Assembly (NCBI RefSeq): GCF_036321535.1
Contig: NC_087472.1
Span: 97,962,001 to 98,026,000, forward strand
Direction: 5' to 3'
Length of the DNA: 64,000 nucleotides
Source of the DNA: Camelus dromedarius
Taxonomy: Eukaryota
The notes beneath the pieces are model-generated. The model worked only from the letters and a program-made list of their open reading frames with translations. It searched no databases and had not been told where the DNA came from. A program made the position numbers and the translations under genes. Below, in pieces: positions 1 to 13,510 of the stretch. Every line of letters starts with the position of its first letter. Positions within the stretch are counted from its first letter, which is position 1.

Positions 1-394
1 TATATGCAAGAATACTTTGTAAATTATAAATGGTTCGTTTTAGGTTTTTATGCTCTAAAGGCTAGGTAGCATTTAAACTTTATCAGAATACTCCTTTCAA
101 TAACCATTCTAGAGAAATTAAAATTTATTGTACTTAATTTATGCATTTATTGGTAAGAAAATTGGAGCTACACCCATAATGGAAGAAAACATTTGTCAAA
201 TGTATAACTTCCACTTCAGTGACACATCTGTTCCAAAAGCTAATTATTTATTTAAATATGAGCATCTTCCCTAAGTACAGCCTACAGGGAAATGAGATGC
301 TGGGAAAGAAGGAAACATGATAGTAACAACTAACACAATATTCCAAGCTCTTCTTCTGCACCCTTCTAAGTACTTTACAAATACCAATGCGTTT

Positions 395-575
395 AATTCC
401 CCTAACAACCCTCTGAGAGGGTACTGTTATTGGCTTCATTTGATAGATGGGGAAACTGAGATACTGAGAGATTAAAAATAACTTTTCTGAGGTCTCTCAG
501 CATCTGAGTGACAGCTGAGAGACCCAAACTCAGATTCCACTCTTGAATGTGGGTGTTTAACCACTGCACACATTG
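395..575. mobile_element. MIR SINE
   Basis: MIR core atagatggggaaactgagatactgagagattaa. Confidence 0.65.
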
Positions 576-2249
576 CCTGGACCTGGGAGCTTCTTTTCCC
601 CACAATGAGGATGCAGCCTGCTGACCCTGAGTCTGATTCAAGATTCAGGAGGGTCCCAGACACTTGTCAGTATTTCCTGTTACCTATACATGCATTGCCT
701 GTGGAGAGTTTCCCCAAAAGCTCACATTAGCCAGTTGTAAAATACACAATCACAGCATTCAAAAGGAAGCTCTCCCAGTCCAACAATACTAAACCTCGTC
801 TCAGGATCAAAATTATCAAAGGCTGCTCTGCTGAGGTCTCTTTTCTACACCTGCAGCCCCCTCGCTTCTATAAAGTCTCCCATCCTTGACTAAATAAATC
901 AGGAATTTACTGTGTGGTGAGTGCAGGGCTTCCAATCATTCCAGAGCTGAGGAGGAACTCATCACAAGAAAGCTGGGCTGACTTTGCAAGTATATTTCTG
1001 CCTCTACAACGTCGAAAATTCACAAGGAAGAGCCAGTGTGACTTAAGTTCTAAATACACTAGATAACAAAACCAGTCTGGGGACCCAGTGCTATCACATC
1101 TCCATCAGTAACTAGGGGGTTAGAACTTGACTGAAACACTAATCTAAGAGCCCCTGCATCGCCATCTGTAAAATGCTCATTGAAGAACTCCAAAGCCTCT
1201 AAAAAGTCCACTGCTCTAAAGACACAGGCTTGACCTGAGCAAACAAAGAAACTTAAAAGTAGGACTATACACCTAAGACAAGTATGGGTGATTGTAACAG
1301 ACTTTCTGGTGGGGTTTTAGGGCATTTGCCTCCAGGGCTCAAGCTTTGGGGGAAGTTTCTTGCCCAAGAGAAACTCCCCAAAGTGCTTGGACCCTGGAGA
1401 CAAATGAGGGCCTAAAATCCAACCAGGAAGTCCATTACAATCATCTCCTACTCTCATGTGGGTCTGCTGACTCAACAAGAAACATCTGCAAAATCTTAGT
1501 CTACCCCAGCATACAAAGTCTTTGGGGACACCCTCTAAAACTCCTATCAGAACCATAGAAGCTACCCATTTAATGAGCTGGACCTGGAGGGCTTGGTGAG
1601 CATTAATGCTTGAGAGAGAAGGAAATGTGATGCAGAGTCAACGACTGAAGCACCAGAAAGAAATGGTGCTACAATTGGTAAATTCAGAATAAATACTTTA
1701 TGAGGGAGGTACATACACATACACACACACACACAGAATATTCTCCTCTCTTCTAATTAGCTATCTAGCTAATTCAACTAAACAGAAAATAGGAAATTAC
1801 AAGGGAAAAAAATCTTAGCAATCAAAAGAGATGGTGACACTTCACGCATAGAAACGAGCCTCATTCAGAAACGAGCCTCATTTAGAATTTGTGTTCTAAC
1901 TCGATGTGGTGTTCCAACAAACTTAAGTTATCTGGTTGCTGTATTAAAAATAAGAATGACTTAGTTTGAAGGGGGGAGTGGTAGAAACAGACACACTGAC
2001 TGGGATCATAGGGAGAGAAAAGTCACAGCAACTTAAAAAGGGAACGCAAGGTAGTATTCAAGAGATACAGTCACGACGGGCCATTTAAGGGATCAAAGCC
2101 CTTTGATTATATCAGTTGGGCCTGAAGACTCACCACCACCACTGCTAGTCATGGTGATCCTAAATCATCCAAAATGTTTAGACCATGTTCAGAATTCTCG
2201 AGTGAAGGAATCGAAGAGGACAGAAACACATTATTAAAAATTTGCATCA

Positions 2250-2540
2250 CTCGTAGACATAGTAGACAATCTTATGGTTACTGGGGAAAAGAGAGTGGGA
2301 AGGGATAAATTTGGGAGTTTGAAATTTACAAATGTTAGTTACTATATATAAAAATAGATTTTAAAAGTTTCTTCTGTATAGCACAGGGAACTATGTTCAA
2401 TAGCTTGTAATAACCTTTAATGAAAAAGAATATGAAAACAAATATATGTATGTATATGCATGACTGGGACATTGTGCTGTGCACCAGAAACTGACACATT
2501 GTAACTGACTGTATTTCAATTTTTAAAAATTAAATTGAAT
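2250..2540 (+). mobile_element. Short L1 3'-end fragment, host of the adjacent L1
   Basis: L1 3'UTR motifs (ctgtatagcacagggaactat, cattgtaactgac). TSD AAAAATTT(G/C)CATCA at 2236-2249 and 3768-3781. Confidence 0.8.
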
Positions 2541-2554
2541 TAAAAAAAACCAAA

Positions 2555-3767
2555 ACAACAAGATACAATAAACCTCCTGGAGGAAAACATAGGCAAAACA
2601 TTATCTGACATACATTTCAAAAATTTTCTCCTAGTAGAAATAAAAGCAAGAATAAACAAATGGGACCTAATGAAACTTACAAGCTTCTGCACAGCAAAGG
2701 AAACCAGAAGTAAAACAAGAAGACAACCTATGGAATGGGAGAAAATTTTTGCAAATGAAACCGACAAAGGCTTGATCTCCAGAATATATAAGCAGCTCAT
2801 ACGACTCAATAAGAAAAAAATAAACAACCCAATCCAAAAATGGGCAGAAGACCTAAACAAGCAGTTCTCTAAGGAAGACATACAAATGATCAAAAGGCAC
2901 ATGAAAAAATGCTCAATATCACTAATTATCAGAGAAATGCAAATCAAAACTACAATGAGGTATCACCTCACACCAGTCAGAATGGCTGTCATTCAAAAAT
3001 CCACAAATGACAAATGCTGGAGAGGCTGTGGAGAAAGGGGAACCCTCCTACACTGCTGGTGGGAATGCAGTTTGGTGCAGCCACTATGGAAAACAATGTG
3101 GAGATTCCTCAAAAGACTAGGAATAGACTTACCCTATGACCCAGGAATCTCACTCCTGGGCTTGTATCCAGAAGGAACCCAACTTCAGGATGACACCTGC
3201 ACCCCAATGTTCATAGCAGCACTATTTACAATAGCCAAAACATGGAAACAGCCTAAATGTCCATCAACAGGTGACTGGATAAAGAAGAGGTGGTATATTT
3301 ATACAATGGAATACTACTCAGCCATAAAAACCGACAACATAACGCCATTTGCAGCAACATGGATGCTCCTGGAGAATGTCATTCTAAGCGAAGTAAGCCA
3401 GAAAGAGAAAGAAAAATACCATATGAGATCGCTCATATGTGGAATCTAAAAAACAAACAAACAAAAACAAAGCATAAATACAGGACAGAAATAGACTCAT
3501 AGAAAGAGAATACAGACTTGTGGTTGCCAGGGGGGTGGAGGGTGGGAGGGGATAGACTGGGATTTCAAAATTGTAGAATAGATAAACAAGATTATACTGT
3601 ATAGCACAGGGAAATTTACACAAAACGTTATGGTAACTAACAGAGAAAAAAATGTGACAATGAGGGTGTATATGTCCATGTATGACTGAAAAATTGTGCT
3701 GAACACTGGAATTTGACACAACATTGTAAAATGATTATAAATCAATAAAAAATGTTAAAAAAAACAA
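2555..3767 (+). mobile_element. Young 5'-truncated L1: ORF2 C-terminus, 3'UTR and A tail
   Basis: Uninterrupted 259-aa ORF 2670..3449 containing the L1 ORF2 [18 protein letters not shown] zinc knuckle. G-rich 3'UTR, aataaa and A tail follow. Confidence 0.95.
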
Positions 3768-5394
3768 AAAAATTTCCATCAAATAATTAACATAAATAAA
3801 ATGTTGACACATGTATAATTTTCGTCTAAATGGAAAATTTCTTTAACTGAATCATACCATTTCCTTCTGATGTCAGCACATTTACTGGTGATTATCCTGA
3901 AGAATCTTTGCAATGCACCATACTAAGAACTTGCAGCAAAGGTATGCAAATTAAGACAGGAAGATACAGAAACAGGGTTTAGGGTGTGCTCTCTGGGCAA
4001 GGTTAATGGTGAGGCTGAATGCAATGGAGAAGATCATAAATGCTGAGACAGGAGAGGGAAGCGCAGTTGCAGTTGGAAAGACATTATCATTTTAGATACA
4101 AAAACCCTGAAGTGATGAGAACATTATCAAAGCTCTGAAATCACAATCAAAATCCTTATCATAGACAAAAAGATGCTATCTCTGATTTAAATCCCTGATT
4201 TAAATTTAAATCCCTGATCCTGTTGGCTTATGATTTCTTGAGATTGCAGCACCAACACCTGGGTTTTCAAGGGCTGCTTGAAAATCTCTGGGGGACAGCA
4301 ATCTTCCACAAAATCCAGTTCCACGCTGTTTTGGTGTGAAGGAATCCCACACAGGGTGTTTGTTACCAGCACCTTTAAAGGTAGGTGAGCAAATGAGACA
4401 GCCAGAAGACTTCTGGGATGTGGAACTTGGCTGAACAAATCTTCTCACTTCACGCTTCAAGCTGGCTGCAAAGCACTAAGCAATATGGTGCTTGTTTTGT
4501 GCCATCAGGGCCAGGAAGCTCAACAAATTCTAATATATATATGTATATACATATATACACACACACACATATTCTTAGCTGAGTCCACAGTATAAAGGCT
4601 CTTTATTTCCTCCTAGAGGTGCAGAATATTGATTTAACAGCTATCCCCTGGGCAGAGAGACAGAATTAAGATTGTATTTGCCTTTGTCCAGAAATTCTTC
4701 CCATCCAACAGGGCGTGAAGAAATGACCTACACAAGCAGGACCTGGTATGTTTATCTTTCTTTCTCAGGTATTTGTATTTTCCCTATACATGTGTATATA
4801 TACATCATAGCTTCCCTTATGACTACACTGCACTGAAAGAAGTTGGAATAAGGTGATGGAAAATCCCCTTACAGAAATCCCTACTGTCAAACAGCATCTC
4901 TTACTGAGTCATTTACTCCTCCAACTGCCTAGAAAATAGCCTCTTCCAGTGAACTAAATGGCATCTCAAGTTGCTTGAGAAATCTAATGCACCTCCTTCT
5001 ACGAGGCAATCTGTTCTCTTTTCATATGTAGCATTAGGACTATTATCCTTAATTCCATACCCACACGGGCTGTTACCTAGGCAACAATAGTCCTGGATGA
5101 CAGACTGGTCAAGGCAAAATTTCCATCCATCTCTGTGAATCAAATGGGTGGCTAATATGAACAAAAACACCAAAATTGACTTTCAAACAGTTACAGAAGG
5201 AAATTTGCAAAAATAGCTAGAATCTCAGTGGTCAAAAGGAAGGTCGGTGTGTGTGGGGAGGTGTTTAGGCTGTTTCCAAGGCATACAGAAAAGGTCTCTA
5301 CAAGCCATTTAGTCTCCCCAAGTCAAGCAGCAACTGAGACGGTGCCGGTGGTTGTCTGAGGACTTCTTTCTGTTCCTTAGAGGGAAACGTGTGA

Positions 5395-5690
5395 TGTTCT
5401 ATCCATTTGGGATCTCCCAGAAGCAGATCTTGAGTCAAGGACTTGGGTATGAGTAGCCTACCTGGGAGAGGATCCCAGGCAGGCAGAAAAGGGAAAGAAG
5501 CCAACAACAGATAAATGAACTAGTTACTGCTGTGGGAAATTGGGGCATAATCCCACTGGAAACCCACTAGAAAGAGTATGGAACATAACTCAGTCGTCTG
5601 AATGACAGCAAGGAAGCTGAGGTATGTATCCACCTATCCCCAAGCCTTCCTGGTTGAGGGTCGCTCCCATGCATGGACTCCCAATCACTT
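5395..5690 (-). mobile_element. ERVL LTR (LTR16-like) fragment
   Basis: tctcccagaagcagatcttgagtcaaggacttggg is antisense to the 3' end of the 57868-58252 element type. Confidence 0.45.
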
Positions 5691-5699
5691 TCCGTGACT

Positions 5700-5850
5700 T
5701 TCCTAACTTCTCTGTGCTTCAGTTTCCTCATCTGTAAAATGGGATTAATACTAATGCCCATGCTGGGATTGTCTTGAGAGCTACATGAGATGATCTGTAT
5801 AATGTGCTTAATGTAATGCCTAGCACACCCTAAGCAATCACTAAATGGGG
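5700..5850. mobile_element. MIR SINE
   Basis: ctctgtgcttcagtttcctcatctgtaaaatgggattaata. Confidence 0.75.
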
Positions 5851-6089
5851 AGTTGTGGGGAAGAGGAGGGCTTGTAGCCTGAGGGGATGGAGACTGTGGA
5901 AAGTGAGATGTTTAATGATAAAGTTGGAAAATGACATCCTAGAGAGACAGGAAGGGGATAGAATCAGGAATCAACAGCATTATATTCCCTAGGGAATTCT
6001 GTTTTAAACTCTGATAATGATTTCTCCTATTGCTTTATAATGAGCTGTTTATGGGTCTAAAGTTTTCCACTAGACTCAACTCCTCCGTG

Positions 6090-7500
6090 AACCTGTAATT
6101 GTTGAGCTCAATCTATATGTCAGACACTGTTCGAGGCACTAAAGTAGTGAACCAAATGCCCTCACAGGGCTTCCAGTGGGGGACAGGAAGATAGGCATAA
6201 ATAAAGACATAAATATTTAAGAGAAAAGGTAGTCATGAGAGCAGGATAAAAAGAGGATGAGGGCACCAGAGCGGAGGGTGAGGATGATCGGGAAGTCTTT
6301 GCTGATAAATTGACATTTAAGCAGAGACCTGATGAAAGTGGAGGAAGGGGTCACATGTACATCCTGAAAGGAGCATTCCAGACAGAGGAGAGAGTGGGGG
6401 AATTAAAGCCTTGAGGCAGCATGAGCATCACTTAAGAGTGTGAGGAAGAGAGTGGAGGCCAATGGGTTGGCCAGTGGGGCTGGACTGGAAAGAGCAAGAG
6501 GGGAGCTGTCTGAGCTAAGGTCCAAGAGGTAGCTGGAGGGTAGGGTCATCTAAGGTCCATGGGACGGGACCTCAAACTAATGCACAAATCACAGGAGATG
6601 CTTTGAAAAATCCCAAATTCCAGGCTGCTGCACAAACAAGTTTAATCATCATCTGGGGGTGGGACCCAGGCATCAGATCCCTAGGCGACTGATATGTGGC
6701 AAAATATGAGAACCCCTGACCTAGGTCTTTGAAGGCCATTTTACAAACTTGGGCTTTTACTCTGAGAAAGAAAGCCATTGGACAATTTTGAGCAGAGAAA
6801 GGACATGATTTGTATTTTAAAAGGCTAACTCTGGCTGCTGCATGTGGAAAAGACTAGAGGGGAGAGAGGAGTGATACAGCTAGACCAGTTAGGAGGCAAA
6901 ACACTGTCTTATTGATTTTCTTCTATCTCCAGTGCTCAGGACAATTTCAGACAGAAAATTAATATCCAAGACATTCCCTCTGCCTGAAACCTCTCCTCCA
7001 GATATGTGCATGGTTTATTACCATAGTTCCTTCAGAGGTTGCCAGATAAGATTCAGGATGTCCAGCTGAATTTTAATTGTGGATAAACAATGAGTAACTT
7101 GCAATATTGCATGAAACATACTCATACTAAAAAACTTATTAGTTATTTCTCTCATACTCAAATGTAACTGGACACCTGGTAATTCTATTTGCTAAACACT
7201 GCACCCCGAACTTCAGGACATGGAGAAGGCTTTCCCTAACTATCAAATATAAAAATGAAGCACTCTCCCCTCAGAATTCTCTAGCTCCTTTACCTCACAC
7301 TTCATTTACTGTCAAAGCTCTGATCGTTACCTGAGATGATACACACTGACTTGTTTCTCAGTTGTCTCCCCCACTAGAATGCAAGCTATAAGAGGGCAGG
7401 AATCCTGTTATACTCACTGTGGTACACACAGAGACTAGAACAGTGCCTGGTATAGAGTAGATACTCAACAGATAGTCGTGGAAGGAAGGAGAGAAGGCAG
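6090..7500. mobile_element. L2 fragments interrupted by MER5-like (~6570-6720) and MER3/MER33-like (~7035-7205) elements
   Basis: L2 signatures ttttgagcagagaaaggacatgat and gtctcccccactagaatgcaagct...cagtgcctggtatagagtagatactcaac. Confidence 0.6.
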
Positions 7501-8174
7501 GGAGAGAACAAGCAGGAGAGGGAAGGAGAAAATGAATACACGTATGAGCAGAGAAGAAAAGAATGGATGATACTAGAGAGAAGTTTTCTGGCAGAGGAAA
7601 AAGTTTAGAAAGCTCAGTTCTGACTTTTTCTTTCCTCAGGGCACAAGAACTGGGGTTATCTGCTCTCTCTCTCTTCTCTCTCTGTGGGAGGCAGAGGTGG
7701 GCAGAAAATTCAATGAAAGAAACAAATGTTTAGAAAGTCACAGCGGGGCAATGGGAAAGTGAGTCAGCAGTGGAAAACATAAAAGAATTGTTAGAGCAGG
7801 AGGAACTACCCAAGGTTGAGAAGCATAATTTGTGATGAGGCTCATCCAGGTAAACTCACAATTCTCTCCACTGGGGCCCAGAGACCAAAGATTAGGAAAA
7901 AATACATATCAAGCAGTTTGGGCAAAGGGCTGAGCTGTGAGAGGGTCAGATGATCAAGGAACCCAGAAAACTGATTCATAACATAAGATAAGCTAAGTTT
8001 CAGGCTGTGTTAGGTGGTGAGAGGATCTAGGGGAAAGTAACTAGACTTGTAGCAGAGGACGGGGCTGGAAACCAAATCCTGAGGTGTGGGGTATAAGGTT
8101 AGGATGCTGTGGTCAGAGAGAAGAATTTGAGAGTAGGAATCACTGGAAGAGGTAAAGTGGCATCAAAAGATGAA

Positions 8175-8410
8175 TTGCTCAGCCTCTGAAGCTAGACTGT
8201 TGAAGTCTGAACCCCAACCCTGCCACTTATTAACTATGTAACTCCAGACAAGTTATTTCATATTTCTGGGCCTCAGTTCCCTCAGCTGTAAAACAGTGAT
8301 AATAATCGTACTTACCTCATAAATTACGTTGTGGTGATTAACTGAGTTAATGTATGTAAAGTACTTAGAATAGTTCATGGTAGGTTGTTCGTAAGTGTTC
8401 ACTATTATAA
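8175..8410. mobile_element. MIR SINE
   Basis: ctgccacttattaactatgtaactccagacaagtta...gcctcagttccctcagctgtaaaac. Confidence 0.7.
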
Positions 8411-8639
8411 CTCTGGGTGTGGGTTGTTACCATTTAGTAGGAATAAAAGTGATTGTAATCCAGGAAGTCCACAGTGAGGTAAATAAATCAAATGTGCCAG
8501 ATCAGTTTTATCTTAAGAAAAACGCAAAAATAACTCGAGAGAAAACTAAAGGAAAGAGAAAGCAGAAATAAGAGAGACATATAGAAAACAAATCTGAAAA
8601 CGTCGTATCAGAACTGATCAATTCAAGACTGAGTTCTTT

Positions 8640-9452
8640 GGATAACAAGTGTTGGTGAGGATGTGGAGAAAAGGGAACCCTTGTGCTCTGTTGTTGGGAA
8701 TGTAAATTGGTGCAGTCACTATGGAAAACAGTACAGAGATTCCTCAAAAAACGAAAGACAGAACTAACAAGTGATCCAGCAATGTCAATTCTGGAGTATA
8801 TATACGAAGGAAATGAAATCACTGTCTCAAAGAGATAGCTGCATGCCATGTTCATCACAGCATTATTCACAGTAAATAGCCTAGATGTGGAAACAACCTA
8901 AGTGCCCATCAAAAGACGACTGGATTTAAAAAATGTGGTATATACATACAAGTCCAAAGAAGGAAATCTGCTTTTTGTGATAACATGTATAACCTTGTTA
9001 TCACATGTAATACACATGATAACATGTATTACACTGACCTGAGTCAGACAGAGAAAGACAAATACTGCATAATCTCACACATACATGGAATCTAAAACTA
9101 GCAAAATCATAGAAGCAGAGAGAATGGTGGCTTCCTGGGGTCAGCAGGGTAGGGGAAACAGGGAGATATTGGTCAAATGATACAAACTTCCAATTATAAG
9201 ATGAGTAAGTTCTACGGAGTCTAACATACAGCAAGGTGATTATCATTAATAACACTGTATACTCAAAAGTTGCTGAGAATAGATCTTAAATGTTCTCACC
9301 ACAAAAGATAATTATGTGAGGTGATAGAAGTGTTAACTAATGTCTCTGTGGTAATCATTTCATAATCTATACATGTATCAAATTGTTACAGTTGTATACT
9401 TTAAACTTAAACCATGTTATATATCAATTATATCTCAAAGCTGGAAGAAAAA
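8640..9452 (+). mobile_element. Older L1 (L1M-type) 3' end
   Basis: Degenerate ORF2 end (gtgttggtgaggatgtggagaaaagggaaccc) and 3'UTR ending tcaattatatctcaaagctggaagaaaaa. Confidence 0.85.
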
Positions 9453-10479
9453 TACTTAATCTTTGGAAAATTAGCAAATCTATTTTTAAAGATAAGATAA
9501 AAATAATGCAGGGCATAAAGTACAAGACATCACATTTTAATAATTATAATCACAATGAGCTACTAAGAGCAGGGATTTTATATTTTGCATCTTTTTATCT
9601 GTTGTGTGTTAGACTAGTGTCTCATCACATATTTGTTGGATAAATGAATAAATAAATAAGTAAATGGAAGGAATGTTTACATTCTTTAACACTTATTTTC
9701 TATGTTCTTGCTTTTTAAAAAACTTTGAGTGAGTTTCCAGATATGAAAGAGTAACTGACAGAAGATCAAATTTCTATCAAGAAACACTAGAAAAAAATGG
9801 TTTAAAAAAGAGAGAAAAAGGAAAGGAAGGAAGGAGAGAGGGATAGAGGGGGGAAGGGAGGAAGGAAGGTCTATTTGAAAGCATCAGAGGTGCTAAGGCA
9901 AACAAAACTCTAAAAAGGGGGAAGCTGCAGAGAACTGAGCTGGTGTTCCTCAACTGCTTTTCCCTGAGGGCAACAGGCTGAGGATGCAGGCTTTTCCCAG
10001 AGAGAGGACTTCTACTAATAGGCAGAGAAACAATCAGAGCTTTGATGGTCTAGGATCCCAAAGAGAAGAAAGGAACAGAGATCTGAATCTTCTACTTGAC
10101 CAATTTTCCCCTCAAAATGTCTGGTGAATTCTGAAGCTGTACAAGACAGGAGGCAAGAAGGTAAGCAGAAAGCCTCTAAAAAGCAAAGGCTTGTACTTAA
10201 CAGTTTTTCCACACTAAGGAGACCAAGAGCTTGGGATCAACAACAGTAGAGGAGCCTCATGGAATACCTTAGGTTCTCAGAACCCTGGGGGACTATACCT
10301 TAGGAGCATGAAACAAACAACTGGTAGACACTTGAGGAAAAGCAACCCAACCTTGAATCCTTGTCTCTGATTAAATTAAGATAATCAGCACCTCCCGCCC
10401 CCGACTAATCTGCCTAGAAGGGAAAAAGATAAAACCTCTCTGGGGAAAAAATGACATCATCCAGACCCTCTAAAACTTT

Positions 10480-12230
10480 TCACACACAATATCTAACATT
10501 TAACCAAATAATATCAGAAGTAAAGAGGCCCAAAATCAAGAGGAAAACACCCAAAGATTATCCAGATTTTAGAATTAGCAAGCAAGAGCTTTGAAATATC
10601 TAAGATTAATATCTTCTAGAAAAATAGCAGCAAAGAGAAAGAATAGATGAAAAGATGGAAAATAGCATCAGAGAAATGGTATCTATAAGAAGGAATCAAA
10701 TGGAAATTCTAGAACTGAAAAATAGAGTATTTGAAATTAAGAACTGAACAGTTGCATTTAGCAAGAGATAAGACATAGCAAAAAAGAGGATTCATAAATT
10801 GGAAGACAGGTCAATAGAAAATACACAGACTGAAGCACAGAGAGAAAAGAGTGGAAAATACTAAAAGGAATATAAGACACTTATGGGGGAAGTAAGATGT
10901 CTAACACACAGTCGCAGAGAAAAGGAAAGATAAAATGGGGCTAAAACAATATTTGAAAAGGTCATATCTGAGAATTTTCTCAATTGATGAAAAACACCAA
11001 CCCACAGATTCAAGAAGCTTCGCATACTCCAGGCAAGATGAACACAAGGAAAACCAAAGCTAGGCATAGAATAGTAAGGCTTGTAAAAATCAAAGCTAAA
11101 GAGAAAACCTTAAAATCAGAGGTCAGAAGATACACAGAGGTAAAACATTAAGATCTATAGCTGGCTTCTCTAAAGAAGTGATGGAGCCCAGAAGGCAATG
11201 GAAGTGACATTTTTAAAGTGCTGAAAGAAAATTACTGCCAACCTAGAATTCTATGTGAGGTAAAATATTCTTCAAAAAATGTAAGGGAAATAAAGATGTC
11301 TTCTAGCAAACACCGAGCAAATCCATCACCAGCAGGCCTGCATTATAATACCAAAAACAGTTTCTGGAAGGAGAAAATTCATCTTAGAGAGAAACATGGA
11401 AATACAGAAAGGAATGAAGAGGAACAAAAAAATATGAAGGTAAATCTAAATGAGTACTGAATATAAAAAAAAAAAACAAAAAGATTTATTTTCTTGTGGA
11501 GCTTAAAATATATGTATAATTAAATTGCATGACAATAATATCACAAAAGGCAAAAAAGAAACAAATAATGGTCAACTCTTCCAAGACCTCGCATTATCAG
11601 GGAAGTGGAAAAAGTAAAAGCTTTTATTAAACTAATAAATAAAGGAAGCGTGCCATGGTCTCCATGGTAACCATTAAATGAGTAGCAAAAGGATATGTAA
11701 CTAACAAGCTAATCAAGGGGGAAAACTGAGTAATAAAAAGTACTGATTACCCAAAGGAAGGTATGAAAGGAGAGAAAAAGGATCACAGAACAGGTAGATC
11801 AATTAGAAAACATATAGTAATATAAGAGACTATAAATTCACATACATCAGTAACTGCATTAAATGTAACTGGTCTTAGTGGATTAAAAAATCAAGTCCCA
11901 AGTATATGATTCCTATAAGAGAAACATCTTGAATATAAGAACACAGAAAGTCTGAAATTAAAATTATTTTTAAAAGATACACCATGAAAAAAATAACCAA
12001 AAGAAAGTTAGCATTGCTATACTAATATCAGAAAAATAGATTTTAAGGTAAAAAGTAACATTTGAGATGAAGAAAGATAATCTGTAACAATAAAAGGTTT
12101 AATAAATCAGAAAGATACTAAAAGTCTATAGCTATCTGAACCCAGTAACATAGCTTCAAAATGTGTAAAGTAAAAATCGACAGAACTAAAAGTGGTAGAT
12201 AGATCCATCATTACACTAAGAGAATTAAAT
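10480..12230 (+). mobile_element. Ancient L1 ORF1, inter-ORF and ORF2 endonuclease remnant
   Basis: A-rich. ORF1-like LKENYCQPRIL and tcaaatggaaattctagaactgaaaaat; endonuclease-like caaaagaaagttagcattgctatactaatatcagaaaaaatagattttaag. Confidence 0.75.
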
Positions 12231-12399
12231 TTAATTGACTATTTATGCAGTGTAAAAATTAAGCCTTCAAAAGTAATATTTTACTTTAAAGCATTTTCCC
12301 AGTCTATTCTTTCGCTTTTATTCTATATGTATTACTTATATTCTGCCCTTTTTCACAGCTGTGTGCCAAATGCTACTTTTTAAAATGAAAAAAAAAATT

Positions 12400-13510
12400 T
12401 TTTTATTAAACTGAAAAATTAAACAACAGAATTACATGTAACAGGGTCATGATAATGCAATGCAATCAACTCAAATCAAGTAGTAGAGTAGGGTAAGAAA
12501 GAAGTGTACTAATTTTATCATTTCTCAAAATAAAAGATTAATAGATATTTTCTGAAAAAAAGGTTAAAAAAGCACTATATGAAGCTATAATTATAAAGCT
12601 AGCTACCAAAACAAATATATGAACATTTCCAATTACCACAACAGACTCACAAAAAACAAGAAATAAAACTGACCAAACAATAAAGGATTTTTTAAAGATA
12701 TAAAAACAAGCAACTATGACCAAAAATAAGATGGCTGAACTTGTGCTTCTGCTAGTAACAGATTAGGTAATTTAGATACACTCTCCCACTAGAAAGGTAT
12801 AACCAACTATTTTTTTTTAATCTGCCCAAAGGCCTCCCAATGTTAACAAGGTAGAGAAGTATAACCTGGACAGGATCTAGAGGAGGATGGATATGCCCTG
12901 AGAAATGAACCTGGTGTTTAGAGTCTCTACTCCTAGGAGTGTTTGATGGTTCTGTGGGGGACAAGAGAGGGGCTGAGAGGCTAAGGAATAATTGAATCAA
13001 CCTGGGAGCTAAAGGAACAGACATTGGTGTCTGGGAGCCACCAAGAAAGTAGGGGTTGGGTGGCACTGGTCAAGTTTCCTCACTTTGGATTGGTTCTCCA
13101 AAGATCTGCACCCTAAAATCAGTGTGAACTGAAACTACACGGATCAGTGTGGGAACTACAGGTCATCCTCGGATCCCCTCTGAAATTGGACAGAGGTGAT
13201 CAAAACTGCTAATGCCTTTGAGCATCTGGCAGGAACAAATGGGAATCCACTCTGGAGGAAAACAGCATCATCTTAGGCCTCAGATTGTTTCTACAAACAG
13301 GTTTTCAAATACAATGTCGAAAATGCAAACAAAAGCAAACAGGCTGGAGACAAGACAACATGAATGAAGACTAGCAGGAAAAAATAAATAAAAGTAGAAT
13401 AACAAGGGAGGATGTTGGAGTTACCAGACAAACACTTTAAATGTGCTCACCGAATTCAAAGAGATAAAAAGCAATTGCAGCAGAGAAATAGAAACTATAT
13501 AAAAGAATCA
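12400..13510 (+). mobile_element. Probable ancient L1 fragments (5' region and ORF1 start)
   Basis: aagatggctgaac, ctctggaggaaaacagcatcatc and gaaatagaaactatataaaagaatcaa resemble L1M 5'/ORF1 sequence. Confidence 0.45.

Noticed and set aside
1851..1884. 17-bp tandem duplication gaaacgagcctcatt(c/t)a, and a similar short duplication at ~4184-4218
   Set aside because: Two copies with no spacers; ordinary slippage duplication, not a CRISPR-like array.
2540..2947. 135-aa minus-strand ORF and similar ORFs at 3384-3745, 8508-8870, 18587-18829 and 29869-30093
   Set aside because: These are antisense readings of L1 sequence, not host genes.
4187..4460. Overlapping ORFs with HPVWDSFT, reminiscent of a BED finger start
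   Set aside because: No following CxxC/HxxxxH ligands, non-ATG starts and no splice support.
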